A program made the position numbers and the translations under genes. From a virus: DNA of 64,000 bases. Under the pieces are notes generated by a model that was given only the letters and a program-made list of their open reading frames with translations, was not told the origin of the DNA and did not search any database. Position 1 is the stretch's first letter, and every line of letters starts with the position of its first letter. Of this stretch, positions 26,920-36,524 are shown piece by piece. The DNA lies in IMG/VR virus record IMGVR_UViG_3300037313_000284, positions 1-64,000 of that record; one strand, written 5' to 3'.

Positions 26920-28506
26920 CTAGGCTAAGCGGTTGGTGTTAGCGCGGGTCGCGTACTTCGTGACAACGTTAAGCGAGTTGATCGTAAAGTACCCGTTCCA
27001 CACAGCGGGTATAGTCGACACTTCGGGCGAGATAACGTCCACCCAATTGATGCCGCCTTTCAGCGCTTTGTCTTCTGACTTAATAATCACCGACTCGATA
27101 TCGTGACGGCGGAATTCCAGACCTAGCACACCTTGTTTTGGAGCGTAGGCGTTGGTCAGAATAGAGCGCGCAGCTAGACGCGTAGCTTCCAAGCCGTAGT
27201 CTAAGTTAATACCAATCTCCACCGAAATATCGATAGGGATAGGCAGCGGGTCTTCCCGCAGGAATTCAAAACCTTCCCAGCCAATACCCGAGAGGTATTT
27301 ACTAAACAGAACCCACTGTGCATCGTCCATCGGAAAGTCGGTCAACGCCGCGACCTTCAGCACGCCCATGTAGGCTTTATTATTAGGCGCGAATTCCTTT
27401 TGCCCAATCACGCGAGCGTCGTAAATCTTGAGCGGTTTATACTTCAGTGCATCGACTTCGTATTCGCGACGCGTGCTAGCCAAACGACCGCTCTTAGCAC
27501 GAATAGCTGGCGCGTTAATACGATAGAAGTCTACCGTTTCAGGTGAACCACCACCGGCAATAGGACTAACTGTCAAACCAGAAACGGTGGGGAAGTCTGG
27601 ACACAGCACCGGGATTTCAACGGTTGCGTTGTGCGCCTCGACGCCCAGCGTAGTAGCATAGCGAATACGTAGGTCGGCGTTACTAGGAGGCATCACGCCG
27701 TAGTTGCCGGAACCGGTTAATACCTCGACGTTGCCGTTCTGCAAGGTATTCTCGTAGAACACTTTGTCGTTAGCACCATACATGTAGGGCTTTTCAGTAA
27801 TTCGCGTGTACTGTTCGCCATCCACGTAGAGATAAACGTCCTCTTCCGAGATCGTGCCGTCGCCATTGCCAACTTCGTACATAGCGAAGGGGCGACCGGG
27901 CGACTTATACGAGTCGATGAAGATTTCACCTTGTACTAACTCAGCTTCTACCGGGAACAATTCGCCCTTACCGAATACGATAGCCGTACGGTTGAAAAAC
28001 TTGGTGGTACCTACGGTAAACAGTGTGAATTCCGGAATTAGTAAGTATTCACTGTCGCTACGCACTAGCGAAACCGGAACCTTAGGTGGCCGACGACGCG
28101 TAACCCGCACGCCTTGGCCGCGCGCATAGGCGTAAATCGAAGATGGCAATTGCGCGCTACCAGGGTAACGTTCTTGCGTCGTGCGTTCAGACGCGAACAC
28201 AGCGAAAGCCACCGCCGTAGATATTAACCTTAGGATAGCTTGACCACCACCTGCCGTGATCGTGTCCCGCCAAGCATCCTCATGCTCCAACATGTTTTGA
28301 AGCTGAAGGATAAGCTGGTTGTAATCAGGTTTATTAGCCGCCAGTGCGACAACTTTGGTTTGCGTGTTGTCCAACCACTCGGCACTGACCCGTTTAGTAT
28401 CGGTCAATTGCGCCTGCGTTAGCGTGACGTTGTGATTGTTCTTTAAGTTGACCGCAAGCTCATCGATGAGCGTCGCTAGCTTGTCTTTAGCCGTAATCGT
28501 CGCCAC
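26920..28506 (-). CDS. baseplate wedge protein (T4 gp6 / P2 gpJ-like)
   Basis: SA...SSIY..A...G, LVQGE, G.GNYG.MP, GG..PET....R.NAP...T..EY motifs. Confidence 0.8.
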   Translation of the reverse strand: MATITAKDKLATLIDELAVNLKNNHNVTLTQAQLTDTKRVSAEWLDNTQTKVVALAANKPDYNQLILQLQNMLEHEDAWRDTITAGGGQAILRLISTAVAFAVFASERTTQERYPGSAQLPSSIYAYARGQGVRVTRRRPPKVPVSLVRSDSEYLLIPEFTLFTVGTTKFFNRTAIVFGKGELFPVEAELVQGEIFIDSYKSPGRPFAMYEVGNGDGTISEEDVYLYVDGEQYTRITEKPYMYGANDKVFYENTLQNGNVEVLTGSGNYGVMPPSNADLRIRYATTLGVEAHNATVEIPVLCPDFPTVSGLTVSPIAGGGSPETVDFYRINAPAIRAKSGRLASTRREYEVDALKYKPLKIYDARVIGQKEFAPNNKAYMGVLKVAALTDFPMDDAQWVLFSKYLSGIGWEGFEFLREDPLPIPIDISVEIGINLDYGLEATRLAARSILTNAYAPKQGVLGLEFRRHDIESVIIKSEDKALKGGINWVDVISPEVSTIPAVWNGYFTINSLNVVTKYATRANTNRLA

Positions 28507-28521
28507 AGGTCTACCTCGTTA

Positions 28522-28983
28522 TTAAGCGGCCATTTTCTTGAGCGCGGATAGGTTACCAACGTAGATTTGTTGTACGCCGCTGACCTTGATACGGAAGGGA
28601 ATAGAAACGTAGGTGTCGCCAGACGCTTTATCGCTGACTACAGTAACGTTGAAAAAGTCTAGGCGATTGCCAAGCCACCTGCGCACTGAAGTTAGTATCT
28701 CTAACTCTAAGCCGCGATGTTCCGACGTGTTTTCGAACACGTAGTTGAGCGCTTGGCTACCAAAGGTGGGCTCGAAGGGGTCGGTACCAACCGGAGTTCC
28801 AATAACTATTTCGATCTGCCCAGCTACCGCTTCCTCATTCGTTTGAATGAGGCTGTCATTGCCCGCACCAATAGCGAAAGCGGGTGAGGCGTCTGAGTAA
28901 TAGTAACTGCGACCGACGATGATATTGTTCGGATCGATAGTGCCAACGTTTAAGGTGTTGGCAAGCTCATACGGAATAGCCAT
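28522..28983 (-). CDS. baseplate gp25-like (gpW) sheath initiator
   Basis: I..VIGTPVG..PFEPTFGS...YVFE...W..R is the gp25 signature. Confidence 0.8.
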   Translation of the reverse strand: MAIPYELANTLNVGTIDPNNIIVGRSYYYSDASPAFAIGAGNDSLIQTNEEAVAGQIEIVIGTPVGTDPFEPTFGSQALNYVFENTSEHRGLELEILTSVRRWLGNRLDFFNVTVVSDKASGDTYVSIPFRIKVSGVQQIYVGNLSALKKMAA

Positions 28984-28985
28984 TA

Positions 28986-29666
28986 CTAAAGGTCCGTTTT
29001 ATGATTAAAATCAGGAGCCTCGGGTAGTTCCGGTGGCGTTAGAGTTGGACCGGTTCCCGCCCCGCCGCCACCGCCCGCACCGTCAACAATCGTAGGATTG
29101 GTTGCAGAGATAGCAAGATCGGTAGCGGTCATGTTCAGTAACCGCGATAGAATACCTAACGTATCGCTCTCAATGGTTATGTCATTGATCCGCAGGTATA
29201 ACTGATCGGCCTCAACGCTGACTACCCCGTTACCCATACTAACGGTAGAACCGGTCTTATCCTGCATGGTCATAACGCCGTCGGTATTAACTCGGAACGA
29301 ATTCCCCAACTCGTCGCGGTAGCCATACACGTCGTCTTCGCCTTGGATATCGTTTGATTGGTTTGCAAGCTGGAAGATCACGATGCCGTTATAGCCCAAC
29401 TGGTCGTACAGCAAGACAATAACTTCGGTGCCGTGCGCTAACGTTGTGAATTTACCGCTACGTCCGTTGTGCCCGTTTAAGCCAATGCCAAATCCCACAC
29501 GAAACCAAGGAAGGTCTTCGTCTGATAACTCACGATGCTTAGCCGGGATACGAACTTTCACCCGATGTGGAGCCTCTGCCTCCTGCGAAATAACATAACC
29601 AACGGGCATGTGATCTGCTAGATTGAAGGTTCCGATTTTGCGTAGGTCGCCCGGCTCTTGCATCAT
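28986..29666 (-). CDS. baseplate central spike (gpV / gp5 OB-fold)
   Basis: RVKVRIP..H......LPW, GTEV.V and C-terminal beta-helix-like repeats. Confidence 0.75.
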   Translation of the reverse strand: MMQEPGDLRKIGTFNLADHMPVGYVISQEAEAPHRVKVRIPAKHRELSDEDLPWFRVGFGIGLNGHNGRSGKFTTLAHGTEVIVLLYDQLGYNGIVIFQLANQSNDIQGEDDVYGYRDELGNSFRVNTDGVMTMQDKTGSTVSMGNGVVSVEADQLYLRINDITIESDTLGILSRLLNMTATDLAISATNPTIVDGAGGGGGAGTGPTLTPPELPEAPDFNHKTDL

Positions 29667-29992
29667 TTCGCTCGTGGGTTAATATTAACTTGTAGGCCCG
29701 GATGCATTTTCCGCGCAGGCATTTTCACGGTATAGATTTTCTCGCCGTAGGTTTCCGTATCAGACGACAAGAAAATGTAGGTGCTAGCACCTAAACCTTT
29801 GACGCGCATGTCCCAGCCAGTCACGTTATTACAGTCAACGCGAACCTGCATTTCATTGGTGTCCGGCAGCCGCTTGAACCAAGCATCACAATGATGCTGT
29901 TTTGCGGGCGGAGGCAAAGGCTCCATTACTACGGAGGCTTGTGCTGGAGCTAATGAAACCGCAGCAATAAGACTGATCAAAGCTATACGCAT
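29663..29992 (-). CDS. predicted secreted/periplasmic protein
   Basis: Sec signal peptide MRIALISLIAAVSLAPAQA and two Cys; ATGA overlap with the spike gene. Confidence 0.55.
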   Translation of the reverse strand: MRIALISLIAAVSLAPAQASVVMEPLPPPAKQHHCDAWFKRLPDTNEMQVRVDCNNVTGWDMRVKGLGASTYIFLSSDTETYGEKIYTVKMPARKMHPGLQVNINPRAK

Positions 29993-30006
29993 GTTACTAA
30001 CTCACA

Positions 30007-31188
30007 CTAAAGGATTACGTCAGAATCTTCACCTTGATATGCAATGTTGAAACGCTCGACATAGAACCCGTTGACAATAGCCACGGTACGAGCGCTGATG
30101 ATCCCAAACGTAACCTTTGGTTCCTTCGTTCGCGGGTCCAGATAGTAAACGGCTACCGGATCGAGAAGGTCAGGCCCTTGGCGCAAGGGGTTATCATAAT
30201 CGCTGTCTTCAGCAGCGGCCTGCGTGGATTGAGCTACAACGATGGCATGTTGTCGCCCGAAAGTGCCACGGTAGCGGAGGTTTTGATATTCCGCTTGATC
30301 ATAATGCGCGTGGGTGTTTCCGCAATCGGGAGCACCTAGCATTACGCGCGAGACGCCAACCGCGTCTCGAATTTTGGAGCTAACGTTAATACGTTCGTTG
30401 TTCTGCGTAACGTTCACGCCATCCCAACGTTGGATTTCCCCGCTCATGTTTACGCGGGTACGCGTCGCGGAATAACCCAACTGCCCGATGCCTACCGTAG
30501 ACAAGTCTTCGGTCTTCATATCGTACGCAGTATAGTTATTATTTCCCTTGGGGCGATCCACGCCGTAATAGAACGAGAACTTAGGCTTAGACTTAGCTAG
30601 CTTTGCAAGGCTGCGATACCTGACTTCACCGTCTAAGGTAACTGCCACCACTGACGCTGCGCTGTCTTCACCGAACCAACCGTGCGACGCGATATTAGCT
30701 AAGAACTCTCCGTACTTGCGGCCCATAGGGAGCCACTTCATGGAGTCGTTGTCAGAGCTATCGACTTGGAAAGTTAATCCGCACTCTTGCGCTAGGCTAG
30801 CGATAGCAAACGACGACGTTCCCACCACGGCTTTCGTGCACACGCCGTGATACAGCTTCGGTTTGTTTAATATCGCAGACATGCGAATGCCGGGGCCACG
30901 TGGAGTAGCCTCGGCCATAGGCGAACCGACGTGTTGGAAATTGAAGGTGCGGGTAGGGTGTTTACTATCCCCCATCGCTATCGCTATGCGCATGCCATCG
31001 GTAGGCGTCGGCGTCATAGTCGTTCCGGTGCTGTCCAGAAGTAACACATCGAACGTTGGACCGGTCAGCCATACATTGGAAATAGCCTGCATGGCGATAA
31101 TGGAGTTAATAGGAATGTTTAGTTCCCGCCCCTCGTCACCAATGAACAGGCTATGTTCACTCTTACCCTCAACCTTCGTCGACGACAT
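30007..31188 (-). CDS. baseplate hub protein (T4 gp27 / P2 gpD-like)
   Basis: Position upstream of the spike; SS.AI..LAQECGL.F.VD..D..M.W pattern. Confidence 0.6.
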   Translation of the reverse strand: MSSTKVEGKSEHSLFIGDEGRELNIPINSIIAMQAISNVWLTGPTFDVLLLDSTGTTMTPTPTDGMRIAIAMGDSKHPTRTFNFQHVGSPMAEATPRGPGIRMSAILNKPKLYHGVCTKAVVGTSSFAIASLAQECGLTFQVDSSDNDSMKWLPMGRKYGEFLANIASHGWFGEDSAASVVAVTLDGEVRYRSLAKLAKSKPKFSFYYGVDRPKGNNNYTAYDMKTEDLSTVGIGQLGYSATRTRVNMSGEIQRWDGVNVTQNNERINVSSKIRDAVGVSRVMLGAPDCGNTHAHYDQAEYQNLRYRGTFGRQHAIVVAQSTQAAAEDSDYDNPLRQGPDLLDPVAVYYLDPRTKEPKVTFGIISARTVAIVNGFYVERFNIAYQGEDSDVIL

Positions 31189-31190
31189 TA

Positions 31191-31568
31191 CTAAATCCTA
31201 GTCACTTGGCCTCGTTTGGACTCTTGCAGTCGGCTCTTGAGGCTGCTTACGTCGGGAATATTAATCGTAGTCCCCGGCGGGATTTTCGATTGTTCCCAAA
31301 ACCCATTGTAGAGCATGATCGTCTGCCAATGGGTTTCGGTATTATAATAATCGAAAGAAACAGCGGTCATCATACCGCCTCTACGCCACTCAACAGCGCC
31401 TAGCACCGGCAGGCTTTGCACCACCCGAATGTAGGCTTCGTTCATGAAGTCAAATAGTAACGTAGACGGATCGTCTAATGCAGGAACGTCAGCGCAGTAA
31501 GCAGTTCGGCTAGCGTCGGCTTTACCGTGCGTACTAGTGCTAGCTTCCAGCTTGGTCATCGCTGTCAT
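31191..31568 (-). CDS. baseplate gp53/gpX-like (LysM-like) protein
   Basis: SFDYY....WQTIM.YN......IPPGT.INIP. Confidence 0.7.
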   Translation of the reverse strand: MTAMTKLEASTSTHGKADASRTAYCADVPALDDPSTLLFDFMNEAYIRVVQSLPVLGAVEWRRGGMMTAVSFDYYNTETHWQTIMLYNGFWEQSKIPPGTTINIPDVSSLKSRLQESKRGQVTRI

Positions 31569-31828
31569 TAGAGTTGCTCTAACGTTATGGGTTGCTTGGG
31601 GCCTAGTTCATACGATGGATTACTAAATTTGTGCGCCGCTTTAGCAAGGTCTCGTTCCGGTTCAACGGGAACGATTTCCTGGGTGTAAAATTCCTTCACA
31701 CCCGCGCCCTCAGTTAATACCATCTTCAGGTATGTGCTACCGCGTTGGTACAGGACACCAGAAGGATCACCACTACACGTGTGAAACCCTTTGCCCATTA
31801 GTTGGTGATGTGCTTCGGAAGCGTGCAT
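31568..31828 (-). CDS. hypothetical protein
   Basis: TAATG coupling to the downstream gene. Confidence 0.55.
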   Translation of the reverse strand: MHASEAHHQLMGKGFHTCSGDPSGVLYQRGSTYLKMVLTEGAGVKEFYTQEIVPVEPERDLAKAAHKFSNPSYELGPKQPITLEQL

Positions 31829-31838
31829 TTAGTAATAC

Positions 31839-32633
31839 CTATCTGGTTGACGGTACCGGTTTCATACCGGAGTAACCAGCGCGTTGCCCCGGTCCGTTCT
31901 CACGTGCGGCTTGAATGCGGTCGTTCTTATTAAAGAACTCGGCAAATGCCGAACCTGTCATGTAACTAACGTATTGCTCGAAGGTGATCGGGCCACGCGT
32001 AGACGCCTGAAACTCGACTTGCACCTTAATAGGAATACCGGGTTCAGCTAGACGCATTGCGATAGTCGGATTAACGCTCTCGACTACGATATCGTCGAAC
32101 ACAAACATGTTCCCGATGCGCAGTAAGATAGTAGAACGACCACCAATCTGTCCGCTATCCCCGGCGTCTTCCCAATAAGGAGGGCCGATGATATTACCAG
32201 CGCTGATCTTTGCACCGTTAGGTAGTTCAACGTTGGGATTGCCTAATGCCGTGGGCATAGACATAGACTGCATTAGCACTAGAGGGCGCATAACGTCCTC
32301 TAGTGCATTCTCATAGGCGTTGAATTCGGCTAGCAGATTGAAAGTTAATGGCTGACCACCGGTCCATTGCCTATTGGCAAGTGCAGTGAAACCGACGTTA
32401 GAGCCGCCCACGGTAGTTGCTAAACTACCCGCGCGCCCTATAGGGCCGGTTCCCGATGAATCCGCTAAATCGCGAACCGTGTCACCGGCAGCGTTACCTT
32501 CCCAAGTGCTACCCGTAGATAGTAACCACTCTTGCGGCAAGCGGCCGGTGACTTCAACGGCTTCACGACCTTTGCCCGGTGCGAACAGCGTGTAAGTGTA
32601 CGCCTTGTTCTCGTTAGTAATACTACCGAACAT
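31839..32633 (-). CDS. tail tube initiator / baseplate-tube junction protein (gp48-like)
   Basis: W.G..PLTF.L...F, P..., LRIGN.F....VVESV and P....V...F pattern; follows the tape-measure-like gene. Confidence 0.6.
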   Translation of the reverse strand: MFGSITNENKAYTYTLFAPGKGREAVEVTGRLPQEWLLSTGSTWEGNAAGDTVRDLADSSGTGPIGRAGSLATTVGGSNVGFTALANRQWTGGQPLTFNLLAEFNAYENALEDVMRPLVLMQSMSMPTALGNPNVELPNGAKISAGNIIGPPYWEDAGDSGQIGGRSTILLRIGNMFVFDDIVVESVNPTIAMRLAEPGIPIKVQVEFQASTRGPITFEQYVSYMTGSAFAEFFNKNDRIQAARENGPGQRAGYSGMKPVPSTR

Positions 32634-32636
32634 AGC

Positions 32637-34781
32637 CTAGCCTCTCCCGGCAAGTGTTGTCGTGATGGCTTGTAGATCAATTCGCGGCCTATCCGCCACG
32701 TCGCCAACGCTTGGTAATCCACCCGTACCGCCAGTATTAGCAGCCACCTTGGTTTGAGCAGGTTCCTTAGAAGCTGCATACAAAGCTTTCAGGTCATTCA
32801 AGGGCTTCTGCATATCCGGTTTATTAACTGGAACAACAGGTAGCTCTTGCGTTAGGGGTTCTGACACTGGCGACATGGAAGCGCGTGACGCCGAACCTCT
32901 AGCAGCAGCCATGGAAGAGGCTACTTTCATGTTACTAGGCACAGCGCTAGTCGAGGCCATCTGCACGTCAGAGCCATTACGCGAAAGCGCCAAGGCATCA
33001 TTAACTTCGCTTTGGTAGCGCTTTTGCACGCTAGCAATCTGACTAGCGGAAGCCTTGTTGCGACGCATTGCGTTAGTAGCGTATTGAGCGCGAACGCTAT
33101 AGAACGTACGAAGCTTTTGCTCGTCGCTCATTTGCGCCCAACCGGGAGTAGCGGCCGCCATAGCGAGCAGCCTTTTAACTCCACCGTGTTGCACCGAAGC
33201 GCTCCACACCGCATCCTGCATGCCTCTGTTGTTCATATTGAACCCAAGAGACGCGGCATATTTAGCAGCAGGATCGTAATGCGTCTTTTTAATAAAATCG
33301 TGTTGCGATTCAGCGAACTTAGGATCGCTTTTACCTAGCTCTCGCCACTTGGCATTGAATTCTTTCGAACCCGGAGCCAAACCCGCGAATTGCTTATCGT
33401 AACCTGAGTCCTTCAGATAACGTTGAAGCGTACCAGTTTTACTAGCTAGCTGATACTTGCCGTAACTAGCGCCGCCGGGATCGCCCTTACCGGACGAGAT
33501 AGCCATGACACCGCGATTACCGCTTTCGTATTTAGCAGACGTAGAGCCAAGACCCGCCCAACCAGCGACCGCCGAGATACCTGCACTAACCGATGTAGCA
33601 ACAGCAGCACCACCGCTGCGGACACCTTGCGCGACAGCTTTACCACCGGCTTGTACTAACTGATCAGCTTTAGCCGCGATGGCAGCAGTTGGCTTGAACA
33701 GCAGTGCACCTAACTTGCCGAGCGCACTAACCGCGCCCTTCATGTCTTTAGCTTTAACAGCAGCGATTAAGCCAGCCCCGGCTGCGGCGATTTCGTCGCC
33801 GTACTTGGTCATGGCAGACAACGATTTATTATAGACGTTGGCAACCGTGCCAAAGCCCGCGCCAATCATCTTGCGCGTGCCGTCCCAAATGCCGTTGATC
33901 TTATTAGTAAGTTGCTTCTGAACGTCGCCTAGGCCATCGACCATGAGCTTAGCGAACGATTGTCCGAACACCTTCTTAGACAAGAAATCAGGCAGGCCCA
34001 GCAGGAACCCATTAACCGCTTGCGCCATACCGACTTGGGCTTTCTCGGTACCGTTGGTTTTACGACCGAGAATATTGTCAGCGTTACGCATTCCATTAAC
34101 GCCATCGAAGATACTCATCCCGATAGCAACAGGCCATGCTAACTTGCCAAGTACGTTACCACCTAAGCGCAACCCTTGGCCCGCAATTCTACCTAACGGG
34201 CTACGCGCCGCAGCGCCAGCCATACGACCTAACGGAGACCTAGCAACCGCACCGCCTAAACGCCCAATGCGCGATTCGCCTACGCCGTTTGCTATACGCT
34301 GAAAGAATCCCGGAGGCGGAGCTTTTGAGTAACGACCCGTTACCGTGTTGCGCCAGCGACCAGAAGCATCCCTTACTAACTTAGCACGAGCCGCAGAGCG
34401 GGCATTTGATCTAGCTAGTAAGCGGCCTAGTGCAGCACCGCTAAGCACACTACCTGCGGCATTACCTAGACCGCCGCCACGATCTAAATTCTCAAGGCGG
34501 TTGGCGATCTTCTCTAGTAACCCGATGACCTTACGGCTATCGCGTTGTTCTCCGAGCCTTTCGGTGGAGCGTTTTGTGTCTTGCTGCTTTGCCCGTTGCG
34601 ACTCTTGTTTCGCAGCGATTTGAATAGCGTCTTGCAGCGCACGGTTATTACTAGCCGTGCGCCGCTCAAGCATAAGATCACGGCGCGAATTAAGCGCCCT
34701 AGTCATTGGGCTGTTTCCGCGCCGGGAGTCAGTACGTTCCATAGAACGCGAAGTAGAACTACGAACACCAAGCATGCGCAA
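32637..34781 (-). CDS. tape-measure-like protein with a C-terminal lysozyme-fold peptidoglycan hydrolase
   Basis: Ala/Gly-rich helical body with a hydrophobic segment; SAKYESG...GDPGGASYGKYQL...Q.DFIK.THY...WS.SVQHG lysozyme domain. Confidence 0.75.
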   Translation of the reverse strand: MRMLGVRSSTSRSMERTDSRRGNSPMTRALNSRRDLMLERRTASNNRALQDAIQIAAKQESQRAKQQDTKRSTERLGEQRDSRKVIGLLEKIANRLENLDRGGGLGNAAGSVLSGAALGRLLARSNARSAARAKLVRDASGRWRNTVTGRYSKAPPPGFFQRIANGVGESRIGRLGGAVARSPLGRMAGAAARSPLGRIAGQGLRLGGNVLGKLAWPVAIGMSIFDGVNGMRNADNILGRKTNGTEKAQVGMAQAVNGFLLGLPDFLSKKVFGQSFAKLMVDGLGDVQKQLTNKINGIWDGTRKMIGAGFGTVANVYNKSLSAMTKYGDEIAAAGAGLIAAVKAKDMKGAVSALGKLGALLFKPTAAIAAKADQLVQAGGKAVAQGVRSGGAAVATSVSAGISAVAGWAGLGSTSAKYESGNRGVMAISSGKGDPGGASYGKYQLASKTGTLQRYLKDSGYDKQFAGLAPGSKEFNAKWRELGKSDPKFAESQHDFIKKTHYDPAAKYAASLGFNMNNRGMQDAVWSASVQHGGVKRLLAMAAATPGWAQMSDEQKLRTFYSVRAQYATNAMRRNKASASQIASVQKRYQSEVNDALALSRNGSDVQMASTSAVPSNMKVASSMAAARGSASRASMSPVSEPLTQELPVVPVNKPDMQKPLNDLKALYAASKEPAQTKVAANTGGTGGLPSVGDVADRPRIDLQAITTTLAGRG

Positions 34782-34788
34782 CCCTTTA

Positions 34789-34947
34789 CTAACGGTTGGT
34801 CATCGCCTCTAGTCTGTCGTGGTCCAGTTTCTTTCTAAGCAGCGAATGCTTAGTCTGAAGCCAAACCACAGGCCAGTCGATAGGGGCTGATAAGTTATTC
34901 ATTTCCAATTCGGTCGTCATCTTGACCAAATCGAATTCAGAGAACAT
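34789..34947 (-). CDS. small ORF (52 aa, MFSEFDLVKMTTELEMNN...), second tail assembly chaperone or frameshift extension; not in the track
   Basis: Fills the gap between the chaperone and tape-measure genes and overlaps the chaperone 3' end in the +1 frame. Confidence 0.6.
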   Translation of the reverse strand: MFSEFDLVKMTTELEMNNLSAPIDWPVVWLQTKHSLLRKKLDHDRLEAMTNR

Positions 34948-35965
34948 AGGGAAAAAAGTTACTAACGTCGAGAGGGATCATAACCTCTTCCTCTACAGCC
35001 TTAGCCTCTGACAATTTGTCAGCTGCTTCCAGCTTGCGCAGAGCCGCTAGTTCCTTAATCAGCGACGTCGATTGCGTATGCATTTCATCGTCAAACTCAC
35101 CCATGGAGGCGGAGGCGTCGAGCATAGCCAACGATTGCTGAATGTCGTTAATAGCCGTAGTCGGATCGAATTTGGTGCAGGTTAACAACGTACGAGTCTT
35201 GATGCCGTGATCAGCAACCGTACGCCACTCATGCAAGCCTTCGTAGAAATCCAGGCTATCGGTGTCGGCCCTAATCTTCGCCAGCTTGGCTTCGAAGTTA
35301 GTAGGATCATCCACCATCGCGTAAGAAGCTAGTGCGAATTCCGTCTCGTTGTCAGGATCATTAAACTTGCCAGCATCAACCATGTGCAGACGCCACAGTT
35401 CATCCCCAACGCGCGGGAAGTCGTAGCCCTTGGCTAAGAGTTCTTCGACCCGAGCAACGTTTTCGATATTAATCGTTTCACGCGTCGTTTCGGTCACCGT
35501 AACTTCGTTGACGTGACCATAACGCGAAGTCCAACGTAGCTTCTTAGTGCTCTTCGGCAACGAGTTGATCTCGTGCCAATTCATGATGTAGTCCAGATCG
35601 CCATGCGTTAGTAATTCAACAGGCATGCCGTGCAGTGTTTTGCCAATAGCAGACACCGTGTGCGAATAGCTATTTAGCTTGCGCGCTCCGCCTAACCGCG
35701 TCAGGTCCGGCAAACCAAACTTGCGCACGTAAATGCGAGCGGGATAACCTGCGAGGCCCATTGAAGGTAGATCGATAGGCATCCACACCCCGTTGTCCGG
35801 TGTGTCTTCTGCGCCGCTTATTAACATACGACGTTTAGATTGGCCGCCTTCGCGCGCCGCTCGATGTTCATTCATTTCTCTATCGATAGCGATATCAGTT
35901 TCCGCGATAGGAACACGTGAAACCTGATGGGGCGCGGGAGCCCCTAGAGAGAAGGGAGTATCCAT
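34937..35965 (-). CDS. tail/baseplate-hub assembly chaperone (T4 gp26-like)
   Basis: IDLPS.G..Y, L...DLDYI..W..INS and C-terminal L....FFP; lies upstream of the tape-measure-like gene. Confidence 0.6.
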   Translation of the reverse strand: MDTPFSLGAPAPHQVSRVPIAETDIAIDREMNEHRAAREGGQSKRRMLISGAEDTPDNGVWMPIDLPSMGLAGYPARIYVRKFGLPDLTRLGGARKLNSYSHTVSAIGKTLHGMPVELLTHGDLDYIMNWHEINSLPKSTKKLRWTSRYGHVNEVTVTETTRETINIENVARVEELLAKGYDFPRVGDELWRLHMVDAGKFNDPDNETEFALASYAMVDDPTNFEAKLAKIRADTDSLDFYEGLHEWRTVADHGIKTRTLLTCTKFDPTTAINDIQQSLAMLDASASMGEFDDEMHTQSTSLIKELAALRKLEAADKLSEAKAVEEEVMIPLDVSNFFPYVL

Positions 35966-35987
35966 AATTCAGCCTTTATTAAAGCGC

Positions 35988-36524
35988 TCACCCCACGCGA
36001 GCGCCGGTTAGGATACGGTCAGTTGAGAACGTACCTGTAATAATCATTCGGTCGTCTTCTGTATAGCTAAGGTCTAACTGCCCCGCGTCGGAAGGCCAAA
36101 CACCTTCGAAACTATAGGTATAGACCGGCTGCACGTTGCTTTGGTAACCGAATAGATTGACGATTAATCGACACTTGTATTCCACCGGAAGGCCGTACCA
36201 TCCCTCTTGGGACTTCACTTTTTCCTTCCAGTTGGCTAATGATAAATTAGCCGCGCCAGCATCGTTTTCAAAGATAGACAGAGTTATTGGACCGCTGTCT
36301 GGAAAGCTAGGGAAGTACGTTGTGCGGCCTCCACCGAAGCTGCTATCGACTTGCAACGTCTCCCCGTTGGGAGCCCCGACTTTCTCGATTAGTAATGCTT
36401 CGAAGTCCACACCGGGGATATCCGGCCCAAAGAACTTGGCAACCCAACGCCATTTAGGCATCGGGTTGTCGAGTGTGTAGATGAAGTTCTGATCGAATCG
36501 ATTTACATCTATGGCTTTGACCAT
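35988..36524 (-). CDS. tail tube-like protein (gp19/gp54 family)
   Basis: P....RW, ITL...E, W...V, Y..P.EYK, GVWP.....LDLSY and TF..D. Confidence 0.7.
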   Translation of the reverse strand: MVKAIDVNRFDQNFIYTLDNPMPKWRWVAKFFGPDIPGVDFEALLIEKVGAPNGETLQVDSSFGGGRTTYFPSFPDSGPITLSIFENDAGAANLSLANWKEKVKSQEGWYGLPVEYKCRLIVNLFGYQSNVQPVYTYSFEGVWPSDAGQLDLSYTEDDRMIITGTFSTDRILTGARVG

